Of a stretch of DNA of 64,000 nucleotides, positions 39,229 to 49,420 are shown piece after piece (position 1 is the first letter of the stretch; each line of letters opens with the position of its first letter). The stretch spans positions 5,714-69,713 of the forward strand of contig CAZBGI010000014.1 of NCBI GenBank assembly GCA_964491395.1, in the 5' to 3' direction. The position numbers were made by a program, and so were the translations under genes. The notes beneath the pieces are model-generated. The model saw nothing but the letters and a program-made list of their open reading frames with translations. It was not told the DNA's origin and searched no databases. The DNA is from an uncultured Bacteroidales bacterium (lineage in GTDB: Bacteria; Bacteroidota; Bacteroidia; Bacteroidales; UBA7960).

Positions 39229-40725
39229 ATGAGCATAATTTCTCTTGTATTTCCTCATCAGTTGTTTGAAAATTCTCCTTTGCCTTTTGACAAAGGGAAG
39301 GTTTATCTTATTGAGGAATCACTGTTTTTCAGGCAATATAACTTCCATAAGCAAAAGCTGGCCTTCATGAGGGCTTCTATGAGATTCTATGAGGACTTTT
39401 TAAAAGAGAAAGGAACGAAAGTCGATTACATACCGAGCCATGAGAAAGAGTCTGATATTCGGAAACTCCTTTCACAACTCAGTAAAGGAAACAATACAGA
39501 GATACACTATATTGATCCCACGGATGACTGGCTCAGGCAACGACTGAAAAAAAGTGGCAAAGAGCACGATTTAAGTTTGAAGATGCATACTACTCCTTTA
39601 TTTATGAATACGCTCCGGGAGATTGAAGACTATTTTGCCGACAAGAAAAGATATTACCACTCGGATTTTTATACCGATCAACGAAAGAAAAGAAAACTAT
39701 TACTGGAAGATGACAAGAAGCCCCTGGGAGGAAAATGGAGTTATGATGCCGAAAACAGGAAAAAGTACCCTTCAAATAAACAACCTCCCCGGATTACCTT
39801 TCCAAAACAAAATGATTATTATAAGGAGGCTGTAATCTATGTGGAAAAGTATTTTGGAAGCAATTATGGTTCGTTGAGTGAAAAACCCTTATATCCTGTC
39901 ACTCATGAAAGCGCTGCCTCCTGGTTGGAGAACTTTTTTACAGAAAGGTTTGAAGAATTTGGACCTTATGAAGATGCCATAGTTGCTGATGAAGGCATAT
40001 TGCACCACAGCATGCTTTCGCCCATGCTGAACAACGGATTGCTCACGGCTGACCGTGTGCTGGATGCAGCATTACAATACAGTAGAGAAAACAAAATTCC
40101 GCTCAATTCCCTGGAAGGGTTTGTCAGGCAAATTATGGGGTGGAGAGAGTTTATCAGGGCTATCTATGAGTTGAAAGGTAGAGAAGAACGAACGCGAAAT
40201 TTCCGGGGATTTTCACGAAAAATTCCCGAATCTTTCTATGAGGGCACCACGGGGATTGCCCCGGTAGATATTGTTATCAAAAGGGTTTTGAAAACCGGTT
40301 ACTGCCATCACATCGAGCGATTAATGGTGCTGGGAAATTTTATGCTGTTGTGCGAATTTGATCCCGATGAGGTTTATAAATGGTTTATGGAACTGTTTAT
40401 AGATGCATGGGACTGGGTTATGGTTCCCAATGTTTATGGGATGAGTCAGTTCGCTGACGGTGGGCTTATGGCCACCAAACCCTATTTCAGTGGCAGCAAT
40501 TACCTGATGAAAATGAGTAATTTTCCCGGGGGAGACTGGCAAAAAACCTGGGATGGGCTTTTCTGGCGGTTCATGGACCAGCATAAGGATTTTTTAGGGA
40601 AAAATGCACGTTTGGGGATGTTGTTGCGTACATTGGAAAAGATGGATAAAGATAAGCGAAAAGCCCACTTCGATCATGCAGAAAAGTTTCTCCACCAACT
40701 CAATACTTCAACCGGGAAAGGTTAA
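39229..40725 (+). CDS. Cryptochrome/(6-4) photolyase-related protein (DPRP/PhrB clade)
   Basis: LVFPHQL, HKQKL, GGKWSYDAENRK, FGPYEDA, HSMLSP.LN.GLL, EGFVRQIMGWREF, HHIERLM and DGGLMATKPY. Confidence 0.92.
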   Translation: MSIISLVFPHQLFENSPLPFDKGKVYLIEESLFFRQYNFHKQKLAFMRASMRFYEDFLKEKGTKVDYIPSHEKESDIRKLLSQLSKGNNTEIHYIDPTDDWLRQRLKKSGKEHDLSLKMHTTPLFMNTLREIEDYFADKKRYYHSDFYTDQRKKRKLLLEDDKKPLGGKWSYDAENRKKYPSNKQPPRITFPKQNDYYKEAVIYVEKYFGSNYGSLSEKPLYPVTHESAASWLENFFTERFEEFGPYEDAIVADEGILHHSMLSPMLNNGLLTADRVLDAALQYSRENKIPLNSLEGFVRQIMGWREFIRAIYELKGREERTRNFRGFSRKIPESFYEGTTGIAPVDIVIKRVLKTGYCHHIERLMVLGNFMLLCEFDPDEVYKWFMELFIDAWDWVMVPNVYGMSQFADGGLMATKPYFSGSNYLMKMSNFPGGDWQKTWDGLFWRFMDQHKDFLGKNARLGMLLRTLEKMDKDKRKAHFDHAEKFLHQLNTSTGKG

Positions 40726-40836
40726 ATCTTTTTTTATCAGATGTATTTTCCGTAAAAATACCCATTGTTGAGCCTGGTTGTTTTTGTATATTTCGCATCT
40801 GTTTTAACAAAGTTGCCGGAGATAAAAACTGAAGCC

Positions 40837-41415
40837 ATGACCAAAACATCCTTTGAACCGCAAAAGATTCTGTTCCCAATGCCTGTAAGCTTAATTGTAA
40901 CAGGGATTCCTGAAAAAGCGAATATTGTCACCATTGCATGGGTGAGTTTGCTCACCAGTGCACCCCCTACTTTAGGGATTTCTGTTGGTTCCAGGGGGTT
41001 TTCAGGAGATGAAATACTGAAAAACAAGCACTTTACGGTTAATATTGCAGGAACGGATATCATGACCGAAGCCGATTATTGCGGCATTACCTCTGGAAAG
41101 GAAGTGGATAAATTTGAAAAAACCGGTTTAACCAAAATTCCCTCCCTTAAAATCCCTTCCCCTATCATCAAAGAATGCCCTCTGAATATTGAATGCCAAC
41201 TGGTGTCTTCCTCTCTTGTGGGAAAGACCCATCATTTTGTTGGTAAAATCCTGCAGGTACATATGGATACCGATAAATTGAAAGATCCGGAAAATCCGGG
41301 TTCTTATATTGCGGAAGCGATGGATCCACTCATATACATGGGAGGAGCAAGAGAATACCGGAAGCTGGGTGAAAAAATTGGAGATGCTTACAGTATTGGG
41401 AGAAAATTGGGTTAA
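40837..41415 (+). CDS. Flavin reductase-like FMN-binding protein
   Basis: FPMPVSLIVT, NIVTIAW, FTVNI, DYCGITSG..DKF and IKECPLNIEC. Confidence 0.88.
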   Translation: MTKTSFEPQKILFPMPVSLIVTGIPEKANIVTIAWVSLLTSAPPTLGISVGSRGFSGDEILKNKHFTVNIAGTDIMTEADYCGITSGKEVDKFEKTGLTKIPSLKIPSPIIKECPLNIECQLVSSSLVGKTHHFVGKILQVHMDTDKLKDPENPGSYIAEAMDPLIYMGGAREYRKLGEKIGDAYSIGRKLG

Positions 41416-41575
41416 AAAGCATTGGTTTTAGGCCTGGTCAGATGAAAAATCTGTCAAGAGGAGATTGAGGGTGTTTTGTGGATGAAGTTGAAAAAACAAC
41501 TTGGTGTATATTTTATGACTGTGTATCAATAAAAAATATAAATTTGTATTATTAATAATCAATTAAGCCTGACAA

Positions 41576-42151
41576 ATGGACGAAAATGGAAACAGGTTTC
41601 TTTCTGACAAGGATCTTTGGCTATTGATAGCGCAAAGTTCGGTTGGAGATTCTTACAGACCCCTAAATTTGCGTGGAGCTGTTCTTAGTGGTGCCCAATT
41701 AGCCGGTGCTGATTTGTCGGGTGCCAATTTTTCAAAAGCCGATCTGAGAGGTGCCAACCTGCAGGGCGCCAACCTCTCCGGAGCATTTCTGGCCAATGCC
41801 GATTTAAGCAATGCCAACCTTGTGGGGGCAACTGTGGACGGTGCCGTGTTGGCAGGTGCCAATCTGAGTCATGCAAATGTAAATGAGGCCGATCTTTCGG
41901 ATACCAACCTGGCAGATGCTGATTTGACAAAAATATCTGCAGTCAATTGTGATTTTACCCGCTCTGATCTTTCGCAATGCATTATCCGGTATGGGGAACT
42001 TACACGTGCCAATTTGCTCAAAGCCAATCTTTCCGGAGCAGATCTGACTGGAGCTGATGTGCTGGAAGCCAATTTTGCCCGCACCTATTTCAATGATACT
42101 GTAATGGAGGGCATCATAAATCTGGAGCGGGCCGTGGGATATAAGGGTTGA
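41576..42151 (+). CDS. Pentapeptide repeat protein
   Basis: Tandem A(D/N)LxG-type pentapeptides (GADLS, GANLQ, NADLS...). Confidence 0.92.
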   Translation: MDENGNRFLSDKDLWLLIAQSSVGDSYRPLNLRGAVLSGAQLAGADLSGANFSKADLRGANLQGANLSGAFLANADLSNANLVGATVDGAVLAGANLSHANVNEADLSDTNLADADLTKISAVNCDFTRSDLSQCIIRYGELTRANLLKANLSGADLTGADVLEANFARTYFNDTVMEGIINLERAVGYKG

Positions 42152-42195
42152 GATCAGGCCAACGTTTTTGGTTGAGTTTGAGGTAGTGAGTGAGG

Positions 42196-43029
42196 CTAAG
42201 GTTTAGGATGGGGTTGGTTTTGGCGCAGCTGTTTTTGAAGCTTCTTGGTTTTTCTTTTTTCTTTCAGGAGTTCAATATTGAGTGCGGCAGTTTTTTGTTT
42301 CCATTTTTTTGATTCTTCTTTACTATCCTCCTTTTCTTTTTCCAGTAAGATGCAGTTACCCAGTATTTCAAACCCTTGAATAATCTGAGGATTTTTCCGG
42401 GTTAGACTGATAAGTTCAGTGATTGGTTCCGGGGGATTTTTTCCCGCGCATACTACGGCAAGTCCTTCGCCAGCGTGAAATTCAAGAACAGTATATTTTT
42501 CCCTGATTTCTTCCATTAGTTTCCACACTTCAAATCCGGGTCTTCTTACTTTCGTATCATGCAACAGAATAATGCCCTCATTACTCATTTTAGGCAACCA
42601 ACTGTAAAAGTCATTTTCAGCGGCTTCATAGGTATGTGTCCCATCAATGTGCAAAACATCAATTGTCCCCTCTGAAAAGTTATTCACTGCTCTGTCAAAC
42701 TCCATCTGTAACAGGGTGGAGAAACCGGCAAATTCTTTTTGATTGATTTCGCTAACCCGCCGGTATACTTCTCTCCCGTATCTCCCCACATGCATATCTC
42801 CCTGCCAGGTATCTACTGCAAAGCATTGCGTGGTTAGGTTGAGCGCTTTTCTGGCCTGGCAAAAGGCAAAATACGAGTTCCCACTGTAGGTACCCAATTC
42901 AACCAGCAATCGGGGTTTTACCTGTTCCATCAGCCAGAAAGCAAATGGGATATGGATAATCCAGCCATGAGGATTATCGAGAAATTGAGGCTTGCTAAGG
43001 AAATAATTTTTAGACGTAGCTAAAAGCAT
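42196..43029 (-). CDS. Class I SAM-dependent methyltransferase (Methyltransf_24-like) with a C-terminal coiled coil
   Basis: LVELGTYSGNS, AVDTWQGD, IDVLHIDGTHTYE and LLHD, followed by a Lys/Glu-rich tail. Confidence 0.85.
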   Translation of the reverse strand: MLLATSKNYFLSKPQFLDNPHGWIIHIPFAFWLMEQVKPRLLVELGTYSGNSYFAFCQARKALNLTTQCFAVDTWQGDMHVGRYGREVYRRVSEINQKEFAGFSTLLQMEFDRAVNNFSEGTIDVLHIDGTHTYEAAENDFYSWLPKMSNEGIILLHDTKVRRPGFEVWKLMEEIREKYTVLEFHAGEGLAVVCAGKNPPEPITELISLTRKNPQIIQGFEILGNCILLEKEKEDSKEESKKWKQKTAALNIELLKEKRKTKKLQKQLRQNQPHPKP

Positions 43030-43364
43030 TTTACTGACAGATTGTTGTGTTATTTTAATTGTCCATAAAAATAAGAATAATAAGCTTTTCGGAAGCTACG
43101 CTTGTGTCAGAACCTTTGTTTATACAAATAAAATCAGTAGTGTCAGGTAAAATCATTGGTTGTTCCCCGAAATGCCTGTGTTTATGCCATCCCTGCGGGA
43201 TTAAGGACAGAGGGCAATACTATATGCCTATGAACATTTTACTCCTGCGAAGTTTAAAAACGCTGTTGCAAGGAGGAGTCCCCAGTGAGGTCCACAGGAA
43301 CGGAACATTTTAACCGGACAACCATGATATAAAATAAAAAAAACAGCATGAAATAAAAATGTAT

Positions 43365-43390
43365 TAAGGGTTTTGTGGGTCAGAACTGTC
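43365..43390 (+). promoter_or_regulatory. Putative ECF-sigma promoter TAAGGGT-N14-CTGTC (copy 1)
   Basis: TAAGGGT tttgtgggtcagaa CTGTC, 73 nt before ATG 43464. Same boxes and spacing as the copies at 55116 and 55830. Confidence 0.75.
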
Positions 43391-43463
43391 TGATATAGTG
43401 AACCAAAAAAATAATTAAGTGTTTAAATCATTTGTTGTCAAACATATCTCAAATCTTCCTACA

Positions 43464-46400
43464 ATGAAAAAACTATTAACGATTTTGATCTCGCTGGCGA
43501 GTTTATCGCTTTGGAGCCAATCCCATGAGATAGCTCCTGAATATTATGAAAAGCGGATCCAGGAACGCAACCAAAAGCTATCTGAAAAGGGACAGTCTCC
43601 CTTGAATACTTCATTGAATGGTAACTCCCTTCACTACCAAACCCGGTCAGGGAAGGGTGCTGCTGCCCTGAATATGGATAAAAATAATACGGCTGAAGGA
43701 GAGTGGTTAATCTGGAACAATGGTGAATACAGCAATGCCCTGGGAGGACCGGAAAACTTTGTTTTTGATGTGGCCGCACGGTTTGAGCCTTCTGACTTGA
43801 CCAATCTGTCCGGCTATCAGGTATCTTCAGTGAGTATTGTTCCCGGTGATATGGCAGATTTTACACTGAAGATTTGGCAAGGACAAAATTCACCCCAGGA
43901 AATTTACTCCCAGGCTATTGATTCCATTTTACCTAACCAGGAAAATGTAATAGACCTTGATATGCCTGTCTTGATAGATGCAAGTCAGGACCTGTGGATA
44001 GGTTACCAGGTTTCCGGTACAAATGTTTATCCGGCAGGAGTTGACTCCGGGCCGGCTGTTACCGGAAAGGGTGATATGATAAATTTTGATGGAGTATGGT
44101 ATTCTCTTAACGATGAATTTTTCCTGAATTACAACTGGATGATAAGCGCATGGGTTGAACCTGCTGCTGATCCTGAAGCACCAGCAGCTCCCTTGCAATT
44201 AACTGCCACGGCAGATGAAAACGGTGAACTCATTGTTGACCTTGCCTGGAACAATCCATCCGTAAACTTTGAGGGGGGGGCGCTGGATGAATTGGATAAC
44301 ATCCTGATTTATCGGGGAGAGACTTTGCTGCAAACCATCAATGATCCTGTTATTGGCGGAAGCGAAAGTTTTACCGACGAGGGTATTGAATCTTCAGGTA
44401 CTGTCTCCTATGCTGTTGTGGCTGAAAACCAGAATGGCCAGGGACCCACGGCTCTCGCCTCCGTTTTTGCAGGGCCCGATGTTCCTGATGCTCCTTCCAA
44501 TGTTGTCCTCATCGCAGACGACAACAATGCTGTTGTTAGCTGGGATGCACCCCAGGAGGGTTTAAACGGGGGGGTTGTTAATCCTGCTCTTATGACTTAT
44601 ACTTTGGTAAGAATGCCTGATTCCGTGATGGTAGCACAGGATATTTCTTCTACTTCTTTTACCGACAGCTCAATCCCCGGAGCAGGAAATTACTTTTACA
44701 GGGTTACGGCCTTTAATGATCAGGGCGAGGGCGGCACTTCGGTATCCAATGTTACTTCGTTGGGACTGGAGGGTTTGCTTTACGCTGAAACTTTCGATTA
44801 TCAACCCGGCCCATTACCTGCTGGATGGGAATTAACAGGGGCGTCGCACCACTGGGAAATTTCTCACTCGGCTGTAGCCGGAGGTGAAACTCCTGAGTTG
44901 AGATTAAACTGGGTGCCGGCAACAACAGGCATAAGCAGGCTGGTGAGTCCTGCAATCGACCTGCAGGATAATGAGGCTGTACGGCTTATCTTTCATCAGT
45001 TCCTGGATAACTTTGCCGCTTCTGACAATGAAAAAATTGCCATGGATTATACTGTTGATGGAGGTGATAACTGGATAACCATCTGGGAGCAGGAACTAAC
45101 CGATGAGGATATTCCCCAGGACGAATACGATTATGTATTTAATGTTCCTTCCGATGTATCTTCCATTCAACTGGGTTTGCGCTTTGAGGGGAATACTTAT
45201 AATATAGACTATTGGCACATTGATAATATAATTATTCAACCATTACTTGACAATGATTTGATGGCTGAAAATATTGCAGGTAATGCTTATCCCGCTGCTG
45301 GTTCGGAGGCCCTATACACTGTTTCCGTGCAGAATGCAGGACAAACAGGCACTGACAATTTCGTTGTCAAACTAATGGGTGAAGGAGAAGTTGAGCTCTC
45401 GTCGGTTTCAGGAGAATTTCTGCAACCTGGTGAAATAGCCGAATTTTCTTTGCCCTGGACTCCCCAGCAAACCGGTAATACTTTTATTTATGGAGTAGTG
45501 GAATTTCCCGATGATGAGAATTCTGTTAACAATACAACCTCTGCGCTGGAAATAGAAGTTTTACCAGAAGGATCTTATGTTGCTCAGGTGGGAACACAGC
45601 CCACTTTTGCTCCAACCAATATTCCTTTTGACTTCTTCTGGAAGACAAGTCTGAGCCAGACATTGTACTATCCCGAAGAGTTGGGACTTACAGGTGGCGT
45701 ACTTACTGCTTTGCAGTACAAGAATGACTTTGAAACCGGTTTGAATGACAAGGAAATAAAAATATGGGTGGGAGAAACCCAGCAAGACAATCTTGTGGAT
45801 GGCTGGTTCGATGTCAATGAATTAATCCTTGTTTTTGAGGGAACAGTGGATTTTCCGGAAGGGAAAAATGATATTTTTATTCCGCTGGATACACCTTATC
45901 CCTACACCGGTGATAATCTTGTTGTGTTTACCAGCAACGAATATGAGGACCAATGGTTAGGATACGGCAACAATTTCTATGCTTCAGCAGATCCCGAGTC
46001 AGCACGCACTATAATAAGAACAGCAGACGAAGTGCTTGACCCTGCAAATCCCGGAACGTTCCATCAGAGCGACTGGTATCCCAATACAACCTTGTTTTTC
46101 TCAACAGAAGGCTTAGGGGGCCTGCAGGGCACCGTATCAGATAATCAGTCAACCCTGGAAGGTGCAGAGGTCAGGTTGGCAGGCACGCAAAGCACGACCT
46201 TAACGGATGAAGAAGGAAACTACCAATTCCCTTATGTTTTGCCAGGCAGCTATGATGTTGAATTTCGTTTGTTCGGCTACTTCTCACAGACTATTGAACA
46301 GGTTGAGATTGTTGTGGATGAAACCACCCAACTGGATGCAACCCTCGAATCCATTCCTCAATATACTGTTTCAGGTTCAGTGGAAGGTAACAATGGGCTG

Positions 46401-49370
46401 ATTCCCGGCAATGCTGTGATTACACTTTCCGGTTATGAGGATTACCTTGCGAATACAGACCAGAATGGTGATTTTACTATAGAAGGTGTTTTTGAAGGTG
46501 AATATACCTTCAGTGTTCTGGCTCCGGGTTACGAATCTTTTACCAATGAATCGCTGCTGGTAGATGGCGATATTGATCTGGGCCAGGTAGTCATTTCAGA
46601 AATTATTCTTACACCGGGTTCCCTTGCTATAGACTATGACAACTTTGGTGCAGGTAATGCCTTGCTTTCGTGGAACATTCCGCTGGGGGAAGAGTTCAGA
46701 TATGATAACGGAACACCCACTACCGCTTTGGGTACCAACAGTATCTCGGACCAGACTATCCTTGGTGTTGCTCACCCCCACAATGCAGAGTTGTTCGAAA
46801 TGTCATGGATATGGGGCAGTGATACCATAGAACAGGCTGTTGAAACGGTCAAAGTCTGGGTGTTTGGATTGAATGAAGAAGGATGGCCCGATCACAATGA
46901 TTTACTCTATTACGCTGATGAGGTTTCCGTAAAGCAGGATGGCGAATGGACAACCTACCAGTTCAGCCAGCCTGTTGATGCACCCAACGGATTCTTCATG
47001 GGTATTGGAGGTGAAGGCTTCCTGGCTTTGGCTGCAGAATTAGGTGAAGATCCTGATTGGCCTTTTGTTCCCAATACGCACTTCTTTAGTGCCGATGCAT
47101 TGTCAGGCAATTTTTCACCGCTTGAACTGTATGGATTCCCCTGGAACTTTTTCATCCGTGCTGTAGGAAATGATTATGGTAGCATCAATATCAAATCTTC
47201 TCAGGAGGCTGGTGAAATGATTGCATCTGAAGGTGAACCAGGATTCTTTGAAAGCCCCGTTCCGGCATCTGCTGGAAATCCTGCATATGCTTCCTTTGAG
47301 AATAAGGCTGCGGGTAAATCAGTAACCGGGTTTAATGTATTTCTTGAAGATATGGAAGAACCGGTAGCCTTTACCGAAGAGCTGGAGTATCTGTTTACTG
47401 AACTGCCCGAAGGAAACCTCACCGCAGGAGTGCAGTCTGTTTATAATACCGGGGTTTCTGAAATAGTAACCATCGATTTTGATTTGGTTTACCCGGTGGA
47501 AGTATCCTTGAATGTTACTGCCAATACAGGCGAGGTTCCTGAAGGGGCAGAAGTGCAGTTGCTAAACGAGCAATTAGAGCAATACTCCTATTCAGGTCAG
47601 ACAGATGCAACAGGGAATATAGAGTTTTCTTCCGTACGCAAAGGACTCTATACTTTGCTGATTTCACTGGAAAACTATGAAACCTATAGTGTGGAGAATA
47701 TTGAAATCCAATCTGACACTGCTTTGGATGCAGAATTGACTGAGCGGTTGGATGCACCTGTAAATCTGATGGTTACCAGAGATGGCCTGGAGCCAGGGCA
47801 GGTTTTGTTCAGCTGGAACAACCCCCTTCATGGATGGAATGAAAGTTTCGAAGATGGGGCCTTTCCCGAAAACTGGAGTCAGATCATTACAAACACCCAT
47901 ACTCAGTCAGGTTATGCCAATACATGGCAGATTGTAGAAACGGTTCCGTTTTCTAATCCGATTGTCCCTCAGGATGGCCAATACCAGGCGTTCATCATGT
48001 GGAGCTTTCTGGAACAGAGTGAATGGCTGATCTCTCCCGAATTTGTTGCTCCTGCCGGTGACCTGGTTTTCTGGTATCATGGTACAAACGGCTCCGATTT
48101 TGGGGACAACTATTACGTGAAAATCTCACAGGATAATGGGGATACATGGGATATTTTATGGAATGCAAGTGATCTGCCTTATGGGGTGAACAATTACACG
48201 GACTCCGTAGCTATTGATTTATCTCTCTATGCAGGAAACAATGTCCGTCTGGCCTGGCATGCAGATGATGGATCCAATGGAACAGGCTTGTGGAGCACAT
48301 GGGCGATTGATAACATTTCTGTGGGAGACCAATCCATGGATTTGAAAAACTTTGTTGCCGGTTTTCCCGGAAAGAATCGCCCTTTGGAAAACGTTGAAAA
48401 GAATGGCCATGCTTTGAATTATAATGTGTTTTTTGATGGTGATCTGATGGCAGAAGGAGTTTCTGATACGCAAATCCTGTTCAACGATGTTGCCGAAGGA
48501 AGCCATACGGCAGCAGTGCAGGCAGTTTACGCTACCGGTGTTTCCGAAATTGTGCCCATGGATTTTACCCTTAGTCAAACGTTCTTGTTAAGTCTGGTGT
48601 CCGATCCTGCCGGTAGTGGTTCACTGAGTGGATCAGCATGGTACAGTGAAGGTACAAAGGTGCTGATTAATGCTTCACCCAATGAAAACTATATGTTTTC
48701 CAACTGGACAACACAGGAAGGAGAAATCATCAGCGAAGATCCTTCGTTCTTCTTCACGATGCCGGGCAACGATGTTGTGCTCTCCGCCAATTTTGTGGAA
48801 GCAGAACAATACAACGTAACCTTTAACATTGATATGACCAATGCTTCTGTTTTCAATCCCTTCCAGGAAGATGTGGCACTTACAGGTTCTATGCATGACT
48901 GGGCTGTTTTGGGTACCAATCACCGAAACCAGGTGATGGCAGGTAACCATGAAACCATGGTTTACTCCAAGACATTCCTGATGGAACCCGGCGTGTATTC
49001 CTACAAATACTTCCTTAATGAAGGAGAGCATGAACATGAATGGGAAGAGGGTGATAACCGCGAGATTTTTGTAGAGAGTGACATGGAAGTTTTCGATGTT
49101 TGGGGCGTCCAAACGCCAACTCTTATCACAGAAACGGACTTATCAGAAACTACCCGTATTTTCCCCAATCCTTTCAATGATTTCATTGAAGTGACCGGAG
49201 CCGAAAAAAACAGCAGACTTATTATAACCAACATTCTTGGAGAGATAATCATGGATGAAATACTAACCACAAACCGCTTGAATACTTCTAACCTGCAACC
49301 TGGTATTTATGTGATTTATCTTGAAAACGATGATGGGAAAAGAGATGTGCGTAAATTGATAAAACAATAA
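43464..49370 (+). CDS. Large multidomain T9SS type-A cargo (FN3, cleaved-adhesin/choice-of-anchor-J-like, CARDB, carboxypeptidase-regulatory, InlB-B-repeat-like, CBM-like)
   Basis: Signal peptide MKKLLTILISLASLSLWS, FN3 motifs, ESFEDG..P..W..EWLISP, and C-terminal RIFPNPF..ITNILGE..LQPGIYVI..KLIKQ. Confidence 0.85.
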   Translation: MKKLLTILISLASLSLWSQSHEIAPEYYEKRIQERNQKLSEKGQSPLNTSLNGNSLHYQTRSGKGAAALNMDKNNTAEGEWLIWNNGEYSNALGGPENFVFDVAARFEPSDLTNLSGYQVSSVSIVPGDMADFTLKIWQGQNSPQEIYSQAIDSILPNQENVIDLDMPVLIDASQDLWIGYQVSGTNVYPAGVDSGPAVTGKGDMINFDGVWYSLNDEFFLNYNWMISAWVEPAADPEAPAAPLQLTATADENGELIVDLAWNNPSVNFEGGALDELDNILIYRGETLLQTINDPVIGGSESFTDEGIESSGTVSYAVVAENQNGQGPTALASVFAGPDVPDAPSNVVLIADDNNAVVSWDAPQEGLNGGVVNPALMTYTLVRMPDSVMVAQDISSTSFTDSSIPGAGNYFYRVTAFNDQGEGGTSVSNVTSLGLEGLLYAETFDYQPGPLPAGWELTGASHHWEISHSAVAGGETPELRLNWVPATTGISRLVSPAIDLQDNEAVRLIFHQFLDNFAASDNEKIAMDYTVDGGDNWITIWEQELTDEDIPQDEYDYVFNVPSDVSSIQLGLRFEGNTYNIDYWHIDNIIIQPLLDNDLMAENIAGNAYPAAGSEALYTVSVQNAGQTGTDNFVVKLMGEGEVELSSVSGEFLQPGEIAEFSLPWTPQQTGNTFIYGVVEFPDDENSVNNTTSALEIEVLPEGSYVAQVGTQPTFAPTNIPFDFFWKTSLSQTLYYPEELGLTGGVLTALQYKNDFETGLNDKEIKIWVGETQQDNLVDGWFDVNELILVFEGTVDFPEGKNDIFIPLDTPYPYTGDNLVVFTSNEYEDQWLGYGNNFYASADPESARTIIRTADEVLDPANPGTFHQSDWYPNTTLFFSTEGLGGLQGTVSDNQSTLEGAEVRLAGTQSTTLTDEEGNYQFPYVLPGSYDVEFRLFGYFSQTIEQVEIVVDETTQLDATLESIPQYTVSGSVEGNNGLIPGNAVITLSGYEDYLANTDQNGDFTIEGVFEGEYTFSVLAPGYESFTNESLLVDGDIDLGQVVISEIILTPGSLAIDYDNFGAGNALLSWNIPLGEEFRYDNGTPTTALGTNSISDQTILGVAHPHNAELFEMSWIWGSDTIEQAVETVKVWVFGLNEEGWPDHNDLLYYADEVSVKQDGEWTTYQFSQPVDAPNGFFMGIGGEGFLALAAELGEDPDWPFVPNTHFFSADALSGNFSPLELYGFPWNFFIRAVGNDYGSINIKSSQEAGEMIASEGEPGFFESPVPASAGNPAYASFENKAAGKSVTGFNVFLEDMEEPVAFTEELEYLFTELPEGNLTAGVQSVYNTGVSEIVTIDFDLVYPVEVSLNVTANTGEVPEGAEVQLLNEQLEQYSYSGQTDATGNIEFSSVRKGLYTLLISLENYETYSVENIEIQSDTALDAELTERLDAPVNLMVTRDGLEPGQVLFSWNNPLHGWNESFEDGAFPENWSQIITNTHTQSGYANTWQIVETVPFSNPIVPQDGQYQAFIMWSFLEQSEWLISPEFVAPAGDLVFWYHGTNGSDFGDNYYVKISQDNGDTWDILWNASDLPYGVNNYTDSVAIDLSLYAGNNVRLAWHADDGSNGTGLWSTWAIDNISVGDQSMDLKNFVAGFPGKNRPLENVEKNGHALNYNVFFDGDLMAEGVSDTQILFNDVAEGSHTAAVQAVYATGVSEIVPMDFTLSQTFLLSLVSDPAGSGSLSGSAWYSEGTKVLINASPNENYMFSNWTTQEGEIISEDPSFFFTMPGNDVVLSANFVEAEQYNVTFNIDMTNASVFNPFQEDVALTGSMHDWAVLGTNHRNQVMAGNHETMVYSKTFLMEPGVYSYKYFLNEGEHEHEWEEGDNREIFVESDMEVFDVWGVQTPTLITETDLSETTRIFPNPFNDFIEVTGAEKNSRLIITNILGEIIMDEILTTNRLNTSNLQPGIYVIYLENDDGKRDVRKLIKQ

Positions 49371-49387
49371 GTCTTAGCTGTTTTACC

Positions 49388-49419
49388 AAAGGCTGCTTCT
49401 TGATTGGGGCAGCCTTTTT
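49388..49419. terminator. Bidirectional terminator between the two convergent T9SS cargo genes
   Basis: AAAGGCTGCTTC-ttgatt-GGGGCAGCCTTTTT. Confidence 0.85.
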
Positions 49420-49420
49420 C

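Noticed and set aside
43030-43360. Possible riboswitch or small ORF (43059-43313) upstream of the large cargo gene
   Set aside because: I could not recognise any conserved riboswitch core and the ORF has no protein-like features.
44273-44280. G8 run in the 1969-aa gene as a phase-variation tract
   Set aside because: It is short, in frame (Glu-Gly-Gly-Ala) and shows no sign of slippage.
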